Origin: Phoronis australis
Taxonomy: Eukaryota; Animalia; Phoronida
DNA length: 64,000 nt
Assembly (NCBI GenBank): GCA_002633005.1
Contig: NMRA01000178.1
Coordinates: forward strand, 282,520-346,519
Direction: 5' to 3'
The notes under the pieces are model-generated. The model saw only the letters and a program-made list of their open reading frames with translations, did no database searches and was not told where the DNA came from. Below are positions 40,801 through 53,700 of this stretch, one piece after another. Both the position numbers and the translations under genes were made by a program. The first letter of the stretch is position 1, and each line of letters opens with the position of its first letter.

Positions 40801-43269
40801 AACTGGAACTTTAGGGGGTCACCTCCCAACTAAAAAGTGAACTATGTTCCTAGTGTTTTTCTTACACAACTACAAAACCTTAGCACAATGTAATCTGTAA
40901 AAATTGTATCGGGAACCATATAGGAAGCACAGCCCAACTATTAAACGCCTCGTATTACACTTAAAATAACCTTATTTACTACAACAAAATGAATTAAAGT
41001 TATATTATTAACTTACGTAAATAACAAAATCATTTATTTCCCGTTCAACGAATACAAAGTTGACTAAGAACAGAGAGATTAAAAAGCTAGTGTACATGTG
41101 CTCTGAGCGCAAAAGTAAGATATATTCCCTGATAATGCCTCTTATTTTTTCTCGATGCTGACAAAGCAAGGCTGTCCAAAAGGCAAAGTTTTGCTATGAA
41201 GTAATAAAAACAAACCACCAACTCTCGTTCGATAACATGTTGCCCACTAACGTTTCTTTTCCTTTCCATGGTATAATTTTCTTGTTTCATAAAAAGTAGA
41301 GTAACTTTGACAATCCGTACATTTGTTACATAAAATGCAAAATGNAGACACAGTCTTATGACCTGTTGCTGTCGAAAGCTGTGGGAACAAATTAGAAGAA
41401 CTTTTGGAACAGGTCTGTCGAATTTGTGAAGAGAAACCCGGCTTACCTTTATTTGTAAGGTGACTTGTAGACTACGGTAAAATTCTTGAGTTTGGGACAA
41501 AAATAATTGCTAAAATTGCTGCATCTCTATTTTTCAGAGGCTCTCCACATTTGTTCAAATTTCCAAAATTTTACCAAATGTTGTTCGGTAATAGTTACAT
41601 CATATATACCATGCTAAAAGAAAAGTAAGTTTCCATGAAAAGTTACATTAATTTTGTTAAGGAATTTGACAAAATGAATTTCACCTGTCTGCCATATTGT
41701 GTACCGTGCTGTGAAGAATTTTTACCATAGTTAAATCCTGGTGAGGACTAGCCAATTCCAGTCGCTTTTAGAAACTTAGCAGTGAATGCTTGCCCTCCCA
41801 ACAAGGGCACAGAGTGGTCTCCTCTGCAATATACGGTAAACTCATGGGTTAACGCCCGTGGCCGCTTAAATTGGGAAACCCTGAGACAGGAGGGTAGGCA
41901 ATTACCCAAGCAGTGGGCGCTTAAACCGAAAATTGACAAAAAGTCGGGCATGGGCATTAACCCGTGAGTTTACGGTAGTTTTCTATTACTATTAACACCA
42001 CACTGATGCTGCTGGGTGATGACTGTACCTTATAAGGTTACACTGTGTGCATACTGTTGTACTGGTGTTTGTAGTAAATATGTAGCACTGAATGTAAACC
42101 TTAGCCTACAGACTGTAACTGTGTCATCGTACTAAACTGTGGGATAAATGCAGCATCCAAGAAGTTACTAGTCTCTGATTCATTGAGTACGTAATATCCC
42201 GAGGTAATAAATGATCAATGTTGCACGCGTTCTTTAAAGCCTTTTTTAAATTGTGAGAGTGAAGAGCAAACGTGCTGCTCAACTTAATAATTTACCAAGC
42301 AAGACCCCAAAGTTTTGCGACAGTATTATATTTTGCAACTTGGCGACTGAATGATTGATGGCTGATACGAGGCTAGGAGGCTTGCGTCATGTGTCATTCA
42401 TACTGTCTTGTTGTAACAGCTTTGTGCACAAATGAGATTTAATGTTTATTTTCAAGTGCTACCTCAGTATTCCACAATTCTGGCAGGAGAACGTGATGTC
42501 CCAACTAATTGTTTCCGCTGTCAATCAAGAGTAGATAAAAAGCATAATCTGCACGTAAAAAGTGTTTCCAAGAAAAGATGTCTTTTAGAGCAAAATACAT
42601 ACCAAATGATGGATTGGCGTCTTTACTTAAATTGTTGTTTCATCAATTTAATGGAGTTTTGTGTTGTGGCATGTGAGTGCTCGTCGCCCACTAGTAATGA
42701 ACTTAGCTCTGCATGTATATTTTATCAGCATTAATTTACTTAGCTGCCCTCAAATATCAAGCAGAATCTAATTGAAGAAACTAATCCTTGTGTGAATATC
42801 TAAGTCATCCTTCATCCTGTCTTCACTAATGGTGTAATAAATATTGATGTGTACTAGATGTGACTCATTATCAACAAAACTGAGGACTTCCAATGAGAAA
42901 ATTGTTGTGGGAGTACATCTCTTGCGTTCCCATTTTGGATCCATGTTCTTCAACTGTCATTGTAGCCTTTCAAGTCAGAATTGTGTCCCTTTATTTAAAT
43001 TTAATTTGTTATTGTAGCAGCACGCGAGTTGAGGAAACAGAAGTCACTCTGAATGGACATCTGTTGATTGATCATTGCAGAATACATCCATTCATATGCG
43101 AAACTTATGGATGTCTTTATGACTCATGCAGTGTTAACGCATTGGAAGAGTTCCAACATCAGTCACAGTTAGTTACTACTCAATGCAGGCTGGGTTACAT
43201 ACGACTTGACTAAGATACACACCCAACATGCATTCATAAACACATGAGTGAACAAGAGTTCTGTGAAGT

Positions 43270-43443
43270 GCTACGTACATTCACAGCTAGCCCTAGTACA
43301 AACCTGTATACTAAATATACACAGCATGCTACGTACATTCACAGCTAGCCTTAGTACAAAGCTGTATACTAAATATACACAGCATGCTACATACATTCAC
43401 AGCTAGCCTTAGTATAAAGCTGTATACTAAATATACACATCAT
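43270..43443 (+). repeat. 3 x 58-bp tandem repeat (single unit at 39209-39266 in the other copy)
   Basis: GCTACGTACATTCACAGCTAGCCTTAGTACAAAGCTGTATACTAAATATACACAGCAT x3. Confidence 0.9.
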
Positions 43444-44787
43444 GCTTAACTTGCCCTGTGTGAACCGCACTACTCTTGACTTGAAGTGACTCGGGAGCTA
43501 GCGAACTGTTTTAGAAGAGATCAAAGTATGCACCACTATAACTGCAAGAGTCGAACTCCAAGGAACTATGGCTCACAACAGCTTCAAACAGCATGCAAAG
43601 ACTGGCTTGAAAATTCCTATGCAGTGGCACATTTGAAACCATAATTTTGTAATGTTTTCGGGTAGAATATTTTCTTTTGTGTGGTACTTTATTCTGATTA
43701 AGCATTACACAACCACAGACTGAGTGGAGGACATTAACTGCAACAAGTGAAAGATTCATTGTCGCTAAGTTTATTTATTACAGTTTGAAGTTTGAGCTTT
43801 CTGCTTTCCCTAATTAGTAATGTACAGTACTTTAATAACAAACAACAAACTTTTAGTTACAGAGGTAAAGTTTATTCATAAATCACTCTACAAAATATAA
43901 TTTTAGTGGCGCAACCAGCTTCAACTAAACTACAATAACATGAGTTAACAAAAATATAACAAACTGGAACATTAGGGGGTCACCTCCCAACTAAAAAGTG
44001 AACTATGTTCCTAGTGTTTCTCTTGCACAACTACAAAACCTTAGCACAATGTAATCTGTAAAAATTGTATCGGGAACCATATAGGAAGCACAGCCCAACT
44101 ATTAAACGCCTCGTATTACACTTAAAATAACCTTATTTACTACAACAAAAGGAATTAAAGTTATATTATTAACGTACGTAAATAACAAAATCATTTATTT
44201 CCCGTTCAACGAATACAAAGTTGACTAAGAACAGAGAGATTAAAAAGCTAGTGTACATGTGCTCTGAGCGCAAAAGTAAGATATATTCCCTGATAATGCC
44301 TCTTATTTTTTCTCGATGCTGACAAAGCAAGGCTGTCCAAAAGGCAAAGTTTTGCTATGAAGTAATAAAAACAAACCACCAACTCTCGTTCGATAACATG
44401 TTGCCCACTAACGTTTCTTTTCCTTTCCATGGTATAATTTTCTTGTTTCATAAAAAGTAGAGTAACTTTGACAATCCGTACATTTGTTACATAAAATGCA
44501 AAATGCTCTTACTTTTGTTTTTTTTTCACAGAATTGTTACCACATTTTCATTTTCTTGGAGATTTCATGCAGGCAAATACTTTAACAATTTTCCAGTCAC
44601 GCCGACCATGTTTTTGCTTGGGTGAAAGAGTTTCCGCAGTTTAAGTTTACAGACAAGAGTTTGCACCCTCACAAGCACAACTTGAATATTTCTGGATGCA
44701 GGTTGCATTGATACTAACACTAATACTGTTTTTGGTAAAGGACTGTTGCCACGGAACCTTGATAATAACAATGGACAGGAAACTTGA

Positions 44788-47700
44788 TTACTCTTGAGCA
44801 GCACTCAGCGTGGCACGGTAAGCGCACACCAACAACTTGGCCTGAAACGAGACATTGCGCATACAAACTGTGACTTCAATAACAAAACTATCGCACATGA
44901 AAACGAGAGGAGACAGCGTGGCTCAGTGGTTCGAGCTCCCGACTTTCTTGGCGTGCAAAGAGGTGACAGTTCAGTATTACCCGAAACTAGATCAAGAGCC
45001 AAAACCATTGTGGCTTCCCCAATAGACTGCTGTCTAGACAGAATGCTAGGCAGAGCACAGTTTGGTACATTTCAGTGGCCATTTTTGTTTACACCACATA
45101 AAATGATTGAAGCAGTGATAAACTGACAGCTCTTTCCAGACTAGGAATTGCGTCTAATCTTAGTAGGAAGGCACAAATCGATATCATTTTAATATCAGCA
45201 CATGAGTCAGAACTTGCTTTTTTCACATGAAATTGTGAACAAAACTGAGAATACAATAAAAACGGAATGGCATCTGCAGTTGGTTTCATATCTTTATTTT
45301 CATCAGTTGCGAAGCTGGTTCTTACTGAACACCGAGAATCAGAAGAAACTGATTTACTGAATTTGACAAACAACTCGACGGTTTTACCCGTGATGGTAAA
45401 AATGTGCACCTTTATCACCTTGATGCCATAACTGAACTGATGGTAAAAACACGCCATACTTTTCACATCTGCTTTAATATTTAACTGCAGTCTCCAACTT
45501 TTGCCGAACCTCAGCCATTGAAGGAGGAACAAAATGACCTATGACCTATGACCCCACAACCTGACACTGCCTTAGTTAGAACACATTACCTCGTGTTATT
45601 CAAGGGAAGTAAAAGGACAGTCTGACAAAACTCAACTGATACAGTTAGCATGATTATTTAATACACTTTACTTCAGTCCTTATAACAACTAGACACCTCT
45701 TTGCTTCATTCAAGAAATTCACTAATCAAGAGACGTGAATAAAACAGTACTAGAATAGGAAAAAGTAGGAATAGTAGGGAGGCTTATGGTATGCGTTTAA
45801 TGCTATGAAGCATGTGCTAGCTAGAACTCGAAACGTGGTTCACAGGAAAAGAATTGTGTTCATAAGAGTAGACTTGTGCTACACAAGAAAAATGCAGGTT
45901 TTTAGATAAGAATTTCTTCCATGCGAACACTCAAGCATGTGGTCAACAAGCTGGAAGGTTGTTTACACAACGTCTACTTACCTTGGTGGTGGGTGCATGT
46001 ACTGTTTGAATGATCAGTTCATTGGCACCATTATGAAGGGGACTGAAGGACAGGACAAAGTTGGCCTCCTGAAATGAAACAGAGACTTAGAATTACAGAA
46101 TTGCACACAGACCAGCCGTAATGTACATCAATACAAATAAATAGAACCACACAATTCTGTGCAAGCTATCACATAGATTTAAGTCGCGTCCTGTATACTC
46201 AATCACGATAAATCATACGTGACAGCCGTACACTAAATTGTCTCGTATATAACAACCAGGGTGTGTTGGCAAGGTTTTACAAGCTTACCACAGTAATAAA
46301 TAAATGCAAATTTGAAAACATTAGATCGAAGGTACTTTTTAGCTTTCTGACAATAAGATCCAAATTCACCATTGGGTAAAAATAATCCTGCTCCAATTTT
46401 GCATTAACGAAATGTTTTAGGCACTAACAGCCTACAGAAAAGACAAATGAAAAGCCATGTTTGTGGCAAGTCGGCAGTACAACCACTGTTGACGTATTCA
46501 TGCTGGTCAATGAATATCATAACAAAAAGTTGGCACTAATTTTATGAAGAATTCTTGCAATTTACGAACAAATTTATGCAAATGTCACAGAAAAAAAATC
46601 AGAACAAAATCAAACTAAATGCAACCATCAGTGTGGAGAGAAAGAACACCAGGCTTGCTTGCCAACAACTTTTTTATCGGACACTATTCAAGATTGACAA
46701 ACACACACATCACTTCACTAGAATGGTTGTCACGGCAACTTATTCCTAAAGGCTTCCACATTATAAGACCGGTTAGAGCTCTCTCAACTACTGACCTCTG
46801 TAAGGGCAGGTTGCTGAACATCATTGAGTATGACAGACTTGACAGCACATGGCCCGTAGAAACGGCAGCGTATCTCCTCGGGGTTGATGCGAGCGTGGGC
46901 GATGAACAGAATCATGCCCACTCCTGCAACATGTCGAAGGAAAATACAATACACAGCCAAATACATATTATTTTCTAAATTCCTAATTCCCACTTCTTGC
47001 GGCCACCACAGATAAAGAAATAGGTGACTGTGAAAATACAACAATAATTAAATGCATTAGCTGCTAGTGCCTTCAATTGTTGTCTTGACATCAGCTGTAA
47101 ACTGAGCTATTGTTCACTTGAGGCAGACAGCTCAGCTCCTAGCTCTCTGTGGTGGGCTTCAAGGCGCTTCATAACAAAATGTTAAAGCTGCTAAAACCCA
47201 CCCAGTCAAAAAAACACTGTTCTTTGTGACAGAAAACTCGACAGCACTATCAAAATTCACAAACATGTTCCAAAGCCCATATTTATACCACAGAGCTCTG
47301 TATGTATTGGAAAAACCATATTCAAACTGTTGGGAGTTTGTATGGAAAGACTCGGAATTAGAACAGATGACAAACAGCCAAAATGTCTTAATTTGCTGAG
47401 GAAACTACTTGTTCTTCGATTTCAAACTTGCAACGATATTTTTCAAACTCAGAGCAGATAAGCTAACTTCCTCATGGCAAAATTCAAACTCACTACTGCG
47501 ACGAGTCGAAACAGGCTGTGGGGGGGAACTGAAAAACTAATAACTTTAATTTTGGACAAGCTACTGCAATACGACCGAAATCAAATTCTTCCTTTTACTC
47601 AGATTTGAAATGATTGCTGGTCTGGGGAAGGACATAGTCTTGAACAGTAAATTAACTGCCAAGCAAAGGATCACTTCTCATCTGACTAAGGAGAAAGCTG

Positions 47701-50700
47701 CCACCAGCTTCATAACAGAATCTTGTGCGATTTGAATCAAAAGTTTGCCTTTTTGGGCTAAACATGGGCTGACAGCAGATTTTTAGAACATGTAATAGAC
47801 CCACATACAGCGATTTTAATCACTAAACCAATGTTGAAAAAAATGAGTTTTGCATCCTTCCCTGAACACATTAACCGATACGCAGCACCTTCCATAGTTA
47901 TGTGCACAAACAGTGTTCACAGTCTTAGTTTGTAGAGCTCGAGTATGAACGGCGTTCACTGCACCGTGAGAATCAACATGAACATTCTGATGAACAACCT
48001 CTCTTTAATTTTCAATAACTTCACAGTTAAAAGCACTGAATTTTAAGTTTCTCCGTTGAAACTCTTGCTTTTTATTAACCCAACTGGATACAACACATAT
48101 CGACTTTCTCACTGTATGCAGTTTTTCTGTAGCATTGTTTAAACATATGGTCAACAGGGATTGGGGACAAGCATGAAATGTTCAAGCCCAGTCAAACTGA
48201 AGTTATCAAACTGAGCAAAACCATGGAGAACTCGAAATCTCCATTGTGGAACTATGATCTGGATATGAAGCCACCATAACAGCAGTGAAAATTTGAGCTT
48301 CAGCAACCCGATATCATTGGTAGCGGAGCGCTTTTAAGGGAGCTGAGATTTCAAGTCTTGATAAGATTGGACGAGATGTAACAGTGGCAACAAAAATAGA
48401 CTGGTTAAGTGGTTAAATAATACATGTGGAATGCATAGAATTGTTGATAAATATGGACATTCCGAAAAAAGTGGGAGCTAAAATCCCATTCCCCCCGGCC
48501 CCCACCATCGTCACCAATGAACTAAGCAATGAAGTAACATTTACGCAATTTGCTGTCAGGTATGTATCATAACTTACCTCATGTAAAGTCCTTGATGATA
48601 ATTAGAAAAAGTTCCATAAGTAGGCAAAAGGAAAGTTAACATTGTGCTTGGAAAGTCACGACAGCATATCGAAAACCATAGTTCGCACCACAGCAGATTT
48701 ACAAAATAAAACCTTTTCGATACAATAAAAGCTCACCATTTATGTTGTAATGGGATAGACAAAACACTAAGAGTTTGGTGGCTACTAGCTTTCAAGAAAA
48801 GTTAGCAGAAGTAAATATGTCCTACAAGCCATGAGCAAGCCTCACACATACATACCCGTGACAGTGGGCTGCAGCTCATGCTTGAAGGTGATTCTGAATG
48901 TTGTAGACTCGCGCAGGGCGAAACACTGGAGGGGGAAAATGGCCTCAGCCACCCGGGCAGTATTGTTTAGGGTGACATTCACCTGGTCTTCAAACACTGC
49001 AGTCACTCTGAAAGCAGCAAAAACAGTATTCACCACAGCAGGTTACTTTTGACATAGCTATCTTGCCATCAAATGGAACAGTGAAAGATTAATTATTTTG
49101 CTCAAGGTCCAAGCTTGTCTCAAATTCTACAAACAGGCAATAGTGGCCGTTCCAAACTCAAGAATCACTGGAAAGATGACAAAATTACACACTCTGTAGA
49201 TTGAAAACACACTGTCCAAAATTCATGAGAAATATCATGAAAATAGCCCTTGTCCCCAATTCCAGAATCAAGAAAATTTATTTTTCTTGGAATTTCCGTG
49301 TCCCAAATTCTTGACCCAAATTGGAGAATTTTTACTGTAACTTATATTGGCACTATCAAGACACAAAAAATGAAAGACAAACTATTTTTTACGTTAATAT
49401 TTTAACCCACACTCCTCGTATTTTTTTTAAGTTCAAATAATTGTCTTACTCAGTTTTAGAACAAATTTATGAATAATCAACTACAATATTTCTATGACTA
49501 ATATTCTACAAAATATCAACTAAAAAGAAATTTACTATAAATACAACATTTCCTTCACAAAAGAAAGATTTTTGTTTCAGAATACACCAACTACCACCAG
49601 ATATCGACTTTTTTAATGAAGCCTGTTCGCAAAAATATCTCAAGAACCACATTCTACATTTAGTAAAGAACTATTGCATACCACCCACTGTCATTGCCTA
49701 AATACCAACACATAGCCAACAAGCATTCACTCGTTTTTATGAACAAATGCACTATAGACTGTTGTAATGAAAATTGATATTTACTAGATACTTGGTTTGT
49801 TTCTCATAAAATTGATTGCCTGTCTTTGTAATTATTTAATAATTTACTAAATACCAACTCTTCTTAGCTCAGTTAATTACAAAGTGTAATGACTTAGTAT
49901 TTATTTATTTTGTGCATTTAGTTACTTATTGTACAATGGCATGCCTTCAGCGGCGTAACCCACCTTTGCATGTCACCATGGTACTTGTGACGTATGTATC
50001 TATATATACATTAATTTCTATTATATGTACATGTAAATATTATGTTCATTTACTTGAATGTCTCAAAACAAATTCACTTCAATCAATCAATCGATGAAAG
50101 ACAACACTAACACATTCTAATGAATTCTTAAAACTACTTTGAGGTGGTTACGTGGAACATTTTCATTTCTACCATCTATTGTTTTTTTTATAACAACCTC
50201 TCGCCTATTTACATTGGCATGACGTTTCTGCCTGTCACTTCTACGGCCATCTTCAGGTGTTACAGTGTTCTCTGAAGAATGAACATGGGTATGTGGTACT
50301 CATGACTATAAATAATTATGACTTCGTAGGAGAGAAACTTTTAATCTTTGGATTGTTGTCAAGTTCTTTTAGCTTACTTAGCGATAAAATGTGAGATGAG
50401 ATCAGATATGCTGTGACGACTGTAGGACCGGGCAAGTGTAAAGGCTGAGCTGTCATTGGTTGATTGATGACCAAAGTTGACACCATTCTCCAACAGTAGC
50501 TTGACAACATTCCTGTGACCCTTTTTCACAGCCTACAAACAGACAAAAGTGAAATTTCTAGCCAATCCAGATCACTTACAGTGTATTCTAGAACACAGAA
50601 TTATGCAATATCCAGAATAAGTACTAGGATCATGCTTGTGATAAAACTTAGTCTGAGATGAGCCTCAGGGTTTACTCCTAGTTGAGACACTCCGAGCCTG

Positions 50701-53700
50701 AGATGAGCCCAAGAGTTCATTGCTAGATGAGGTAACACCCTCCCCCGGAGAATACTATAGATACAGAACACATTCTGAAACAGTTTACCTTCATCAAAGC
50801 AGTCTCGCCTGTACACTGCTGAGTGTTAAGATAAGCCCCCAGAGACAGTATGATAGACACAGTACATGTGTGACCTTGTTCGGCAGCGTACATCAACGCA
50901 GTGTTACCGTTCTTTTGTTGAGTATTGATACTAGCACCGTGTTGAACGAGCACCTCTAGAATATCATCATAACCTGCCAACAAAATGCATCACTATTGAC
51001 AACTTTTGCATCACCATCGACAACTAATGCATGGAGGCAAATGTTTGGCAGAATCCAGAACAAATATCGATTTAGTAATACGCAAAGAAAATCTAATTAA
51101 AAGGAAAAACGAGATTCCAGAATTTTCTGCAGATTAAACAGTTTATGATATAGGAATCAATAAAGTACCAGAGGGCAAGCAACCTTCTCTCACAAACTGT
51201 ATTCATTAAACCATCTTTTGATGTCAACGTTCAAATTGATTTCACACCAGCAGCATTTCTTTTAGGCACTAAATATTTTCTGTCAGAGATGCTCTATGTT
51301 AATTTGTATTACAAACGTGGAAGAGAGCCCAGAGATTAATTTCACCTTTCTGAGCAGCAATCATGACCAGTGACATCCCTGTGGCATCTGGTTGCTCCAG
51401 ATTATACCTGCGCCTTCCAGCACAAAGGGCTTTTGATACAGTCATATAGTCACCCTTTTTAACCGAATCTTTCAACTGGTGGTCAGTGATTTCAAACCCT
51501 TCAATGCTTTTTCGCCACTCTTCTTCCTGTGGTAATAACAGACAGGTTTGTATCGTTGAGGAAGGAGGCAGGGAGAGGGGGCGATGGAGAGGGGGCGATG
51601 GAGNNNNNNNNNNNNNNNNNNNNNNNNNNNNNNNNNNNNNNNNNNNNNNNNNNNNNNNNNNNNNNNNNNNNNNNNNNNNNNNNNNNNNNNNNNNNNNNNN
51701 NNNNNNNNNNNNNNNNNNNNNNNNNNNNNNNNNNNNNNNNNNNNNNNNNNNNNNNNNNNNNNNNNNNNNNNNNNNNNNNNNNNNNNNNNNNNNNNNNNNN
51801 NNNNNNNNNNNNNNGGGAGGCAGAGGGAGAGGAGTGTGGATGACAGGGAGGGAAGACAGTATGGGCAGTGGGGAAGATGGAAGGGAGACAATATCTAATC
51901 AGAGACATAATACATACACACATACACAACATTACAAAATGTTGTTCAAGCTGACCCAATGTAACAACAGCAAAACAAATATTTTTAAGAGTTTAATATT
52001 AAGTGCTCAAAGTGACCAAGTCTCACATGACAAGAATGCTAATTATGTACTTTGATACTGAAGAGCTTTAATTGTTATTATGGAATACAATAATTATTAT
52101 GGAAATCAACAAAATAAAATTTGACATGTACACCATGTTGTCTGAAGAGTTATAATCTTAAGGTTATGCAGGACCTTATTGACCTTATTAACCTGCGTAC
52201 TTAGCCAAATAACTCAGTAAAAAATGCTAAAAGATGAATTCCCCAAAACGATGTAACAACTTTCTAAAGTATCATTTTGTTTTTTTCATGCAACTTTTTT
52301 GAGGTTTTCATAAAAATCACAATAAGTCTTATTTCTTGATAGTCCTCATTCAAAAAAGTAACATTTAAGAACAATTCCGAACAGCACTTTCCAGAACAGT
52401 CAAAAAACATAGTACCTGAAAGTTTCATATAACTTCAATCAGCCATTTCCAAGATACGAGATTCCAAATTTGGACATTTTCTAGGGTCCTGCATCACTTT
52501 AATCAATTGGGCGACTCGGTCAGTCAGTGTTCAACTACTCACCCAATCTTTGCGACTGTCGCTGATGTCATATTGGTCAAACTGTAACTCGGGATTACCT
52601 GTGTGGTTAAGGAGACATAACCGGTTATTAAACAATATGTTTACATGCAAGGCAATCACGTACACAAAAAACAATTCGAAATGCAGAGACAAACTGCACG
52701 TCAGTAGTGCATACCTGAAATGAAGCGAAACTGTGATTCACAAAGGTCCTTAAATCGAACCAAAAGCTTGACGAAGAATAAAAACATAAATGTAACCGCT
52801 GGGAGCAGTATTTGAGAAGGCAGTCTTCAATTACAGAACACATAACTAATCGTGTCAAAATTGCCCTTTTGCATTTTTTTAAGGCCAACAAAGCAGCAGC
52901 CGCAATTGACCAAAATTTCATAGCCTATTGGTTGATGGCAAATGTACAATACAAGCCACTCCAAAAGTGAACGAAAATTTCTGTCGCTGTTTTGACAAAA
53001 CTAAAGGCTACCTTTAAACCATAGTAACATTATTATCATTGGTGAACTGGTGTAACAAGAACAGAGGAAAATGTCGTCTGCATTGTAAACAGCATGCAAA
53101 GCAGCTTGTCCCTGAACTTGGGATTTCTAAAAGCTTAAAGGAAACGGAATAAAATAGTTTCTGCACACAGATGCACCATGGCCATTTCATTATGAAGCAT
53201 AGCACTACCCAAGGCACCTAAAGGATCAGTGACCACAGCAGAACATTAAGACAAGCAGGAAACCCTAGAAACAGTTAGAAACCAAATAACTTAACGTTAA
53301 TGGTAACTTTCATGCGAGTCCAACAACAATATTAACTTCTAGACAATATAAGCTTCTCGACAATATAAGCTTCTCGACAATACAGGTGAAAGAACCATTT
53401 GGTGTTTGGCTGTCAATACTGAATTGTTAAATTTAGAGATTTGGGATTTAAAAACATAACCACATTTATCTAATACGGAGTGGTTGTCGAATGAGCACAT
53501 TTTCGAATTTGGAATTCTTGGTTGGCCAACCTCAACAAACTCTGAAGCATTCTCTTGGATCGTTGACCATTGCCACGTGCTCTTGCTGGTAACAGCAATC
53601 AAATCTTGTCACGATAAAGGATTATACTAAGAGACCAAGTTTTCTGAGAATAAGTGGCTTAATTCAGTTTTCATTTTTGACAGCTAAATACTTAGGAAAC

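Larger units (their letters stand above)
37263..44505 (+). repeat. Tandem duplication (37263-41344 / 41346-44505) joined at a single N; probably two alleles assembled in tandem
   Basis: Both copies start AGACACAGTCTTATGACCTG and end ACATAAAATGCAAAATG. They are near-identical with scattered SNPs and indels. Copy 1 has an extra 39316-40333; copy 2 has three copies of a 58-bp unit (43270-43443) that is single in copy 1. Confidence 0.93.

Noticed and set aside
38814-44451. Paired ORFs (38814/42893, 40352/43511, 41087/44248) suggesting a gene family
   Set aside because: They arise from the duplicated segment, differ by indels or stops between copies, and show no protein homology.
44915-44975. tRNA-like TGGCTCAGTGGTTCGAGCTCC
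   Set aside because: No cloverleaf or properly spaced B-box; at most a decayed SINE head.
45089-45532. 147-aa minus-strand ORF as the MPP8 last exon
   Set aside because: The exon at 44788-44841 (AKLLVCAYRATL) matches the MPP8 C-terminus far better and has a clean acceptor.
51472-52055. ORFs spanning the N-runs here and at 22966-23388
   Set aside because: Artefacts of assembly gaps in low-complexity G/A-rich sequence.
52599-52614. U12-like branch point TCCTTAAC before the MPP8 exon at 52598
   Set aside because: Only 7 nt from the exon start, and no upstream exon ends in an RTATCCTT donor. Best treated as a U2 acceptor or a relic.
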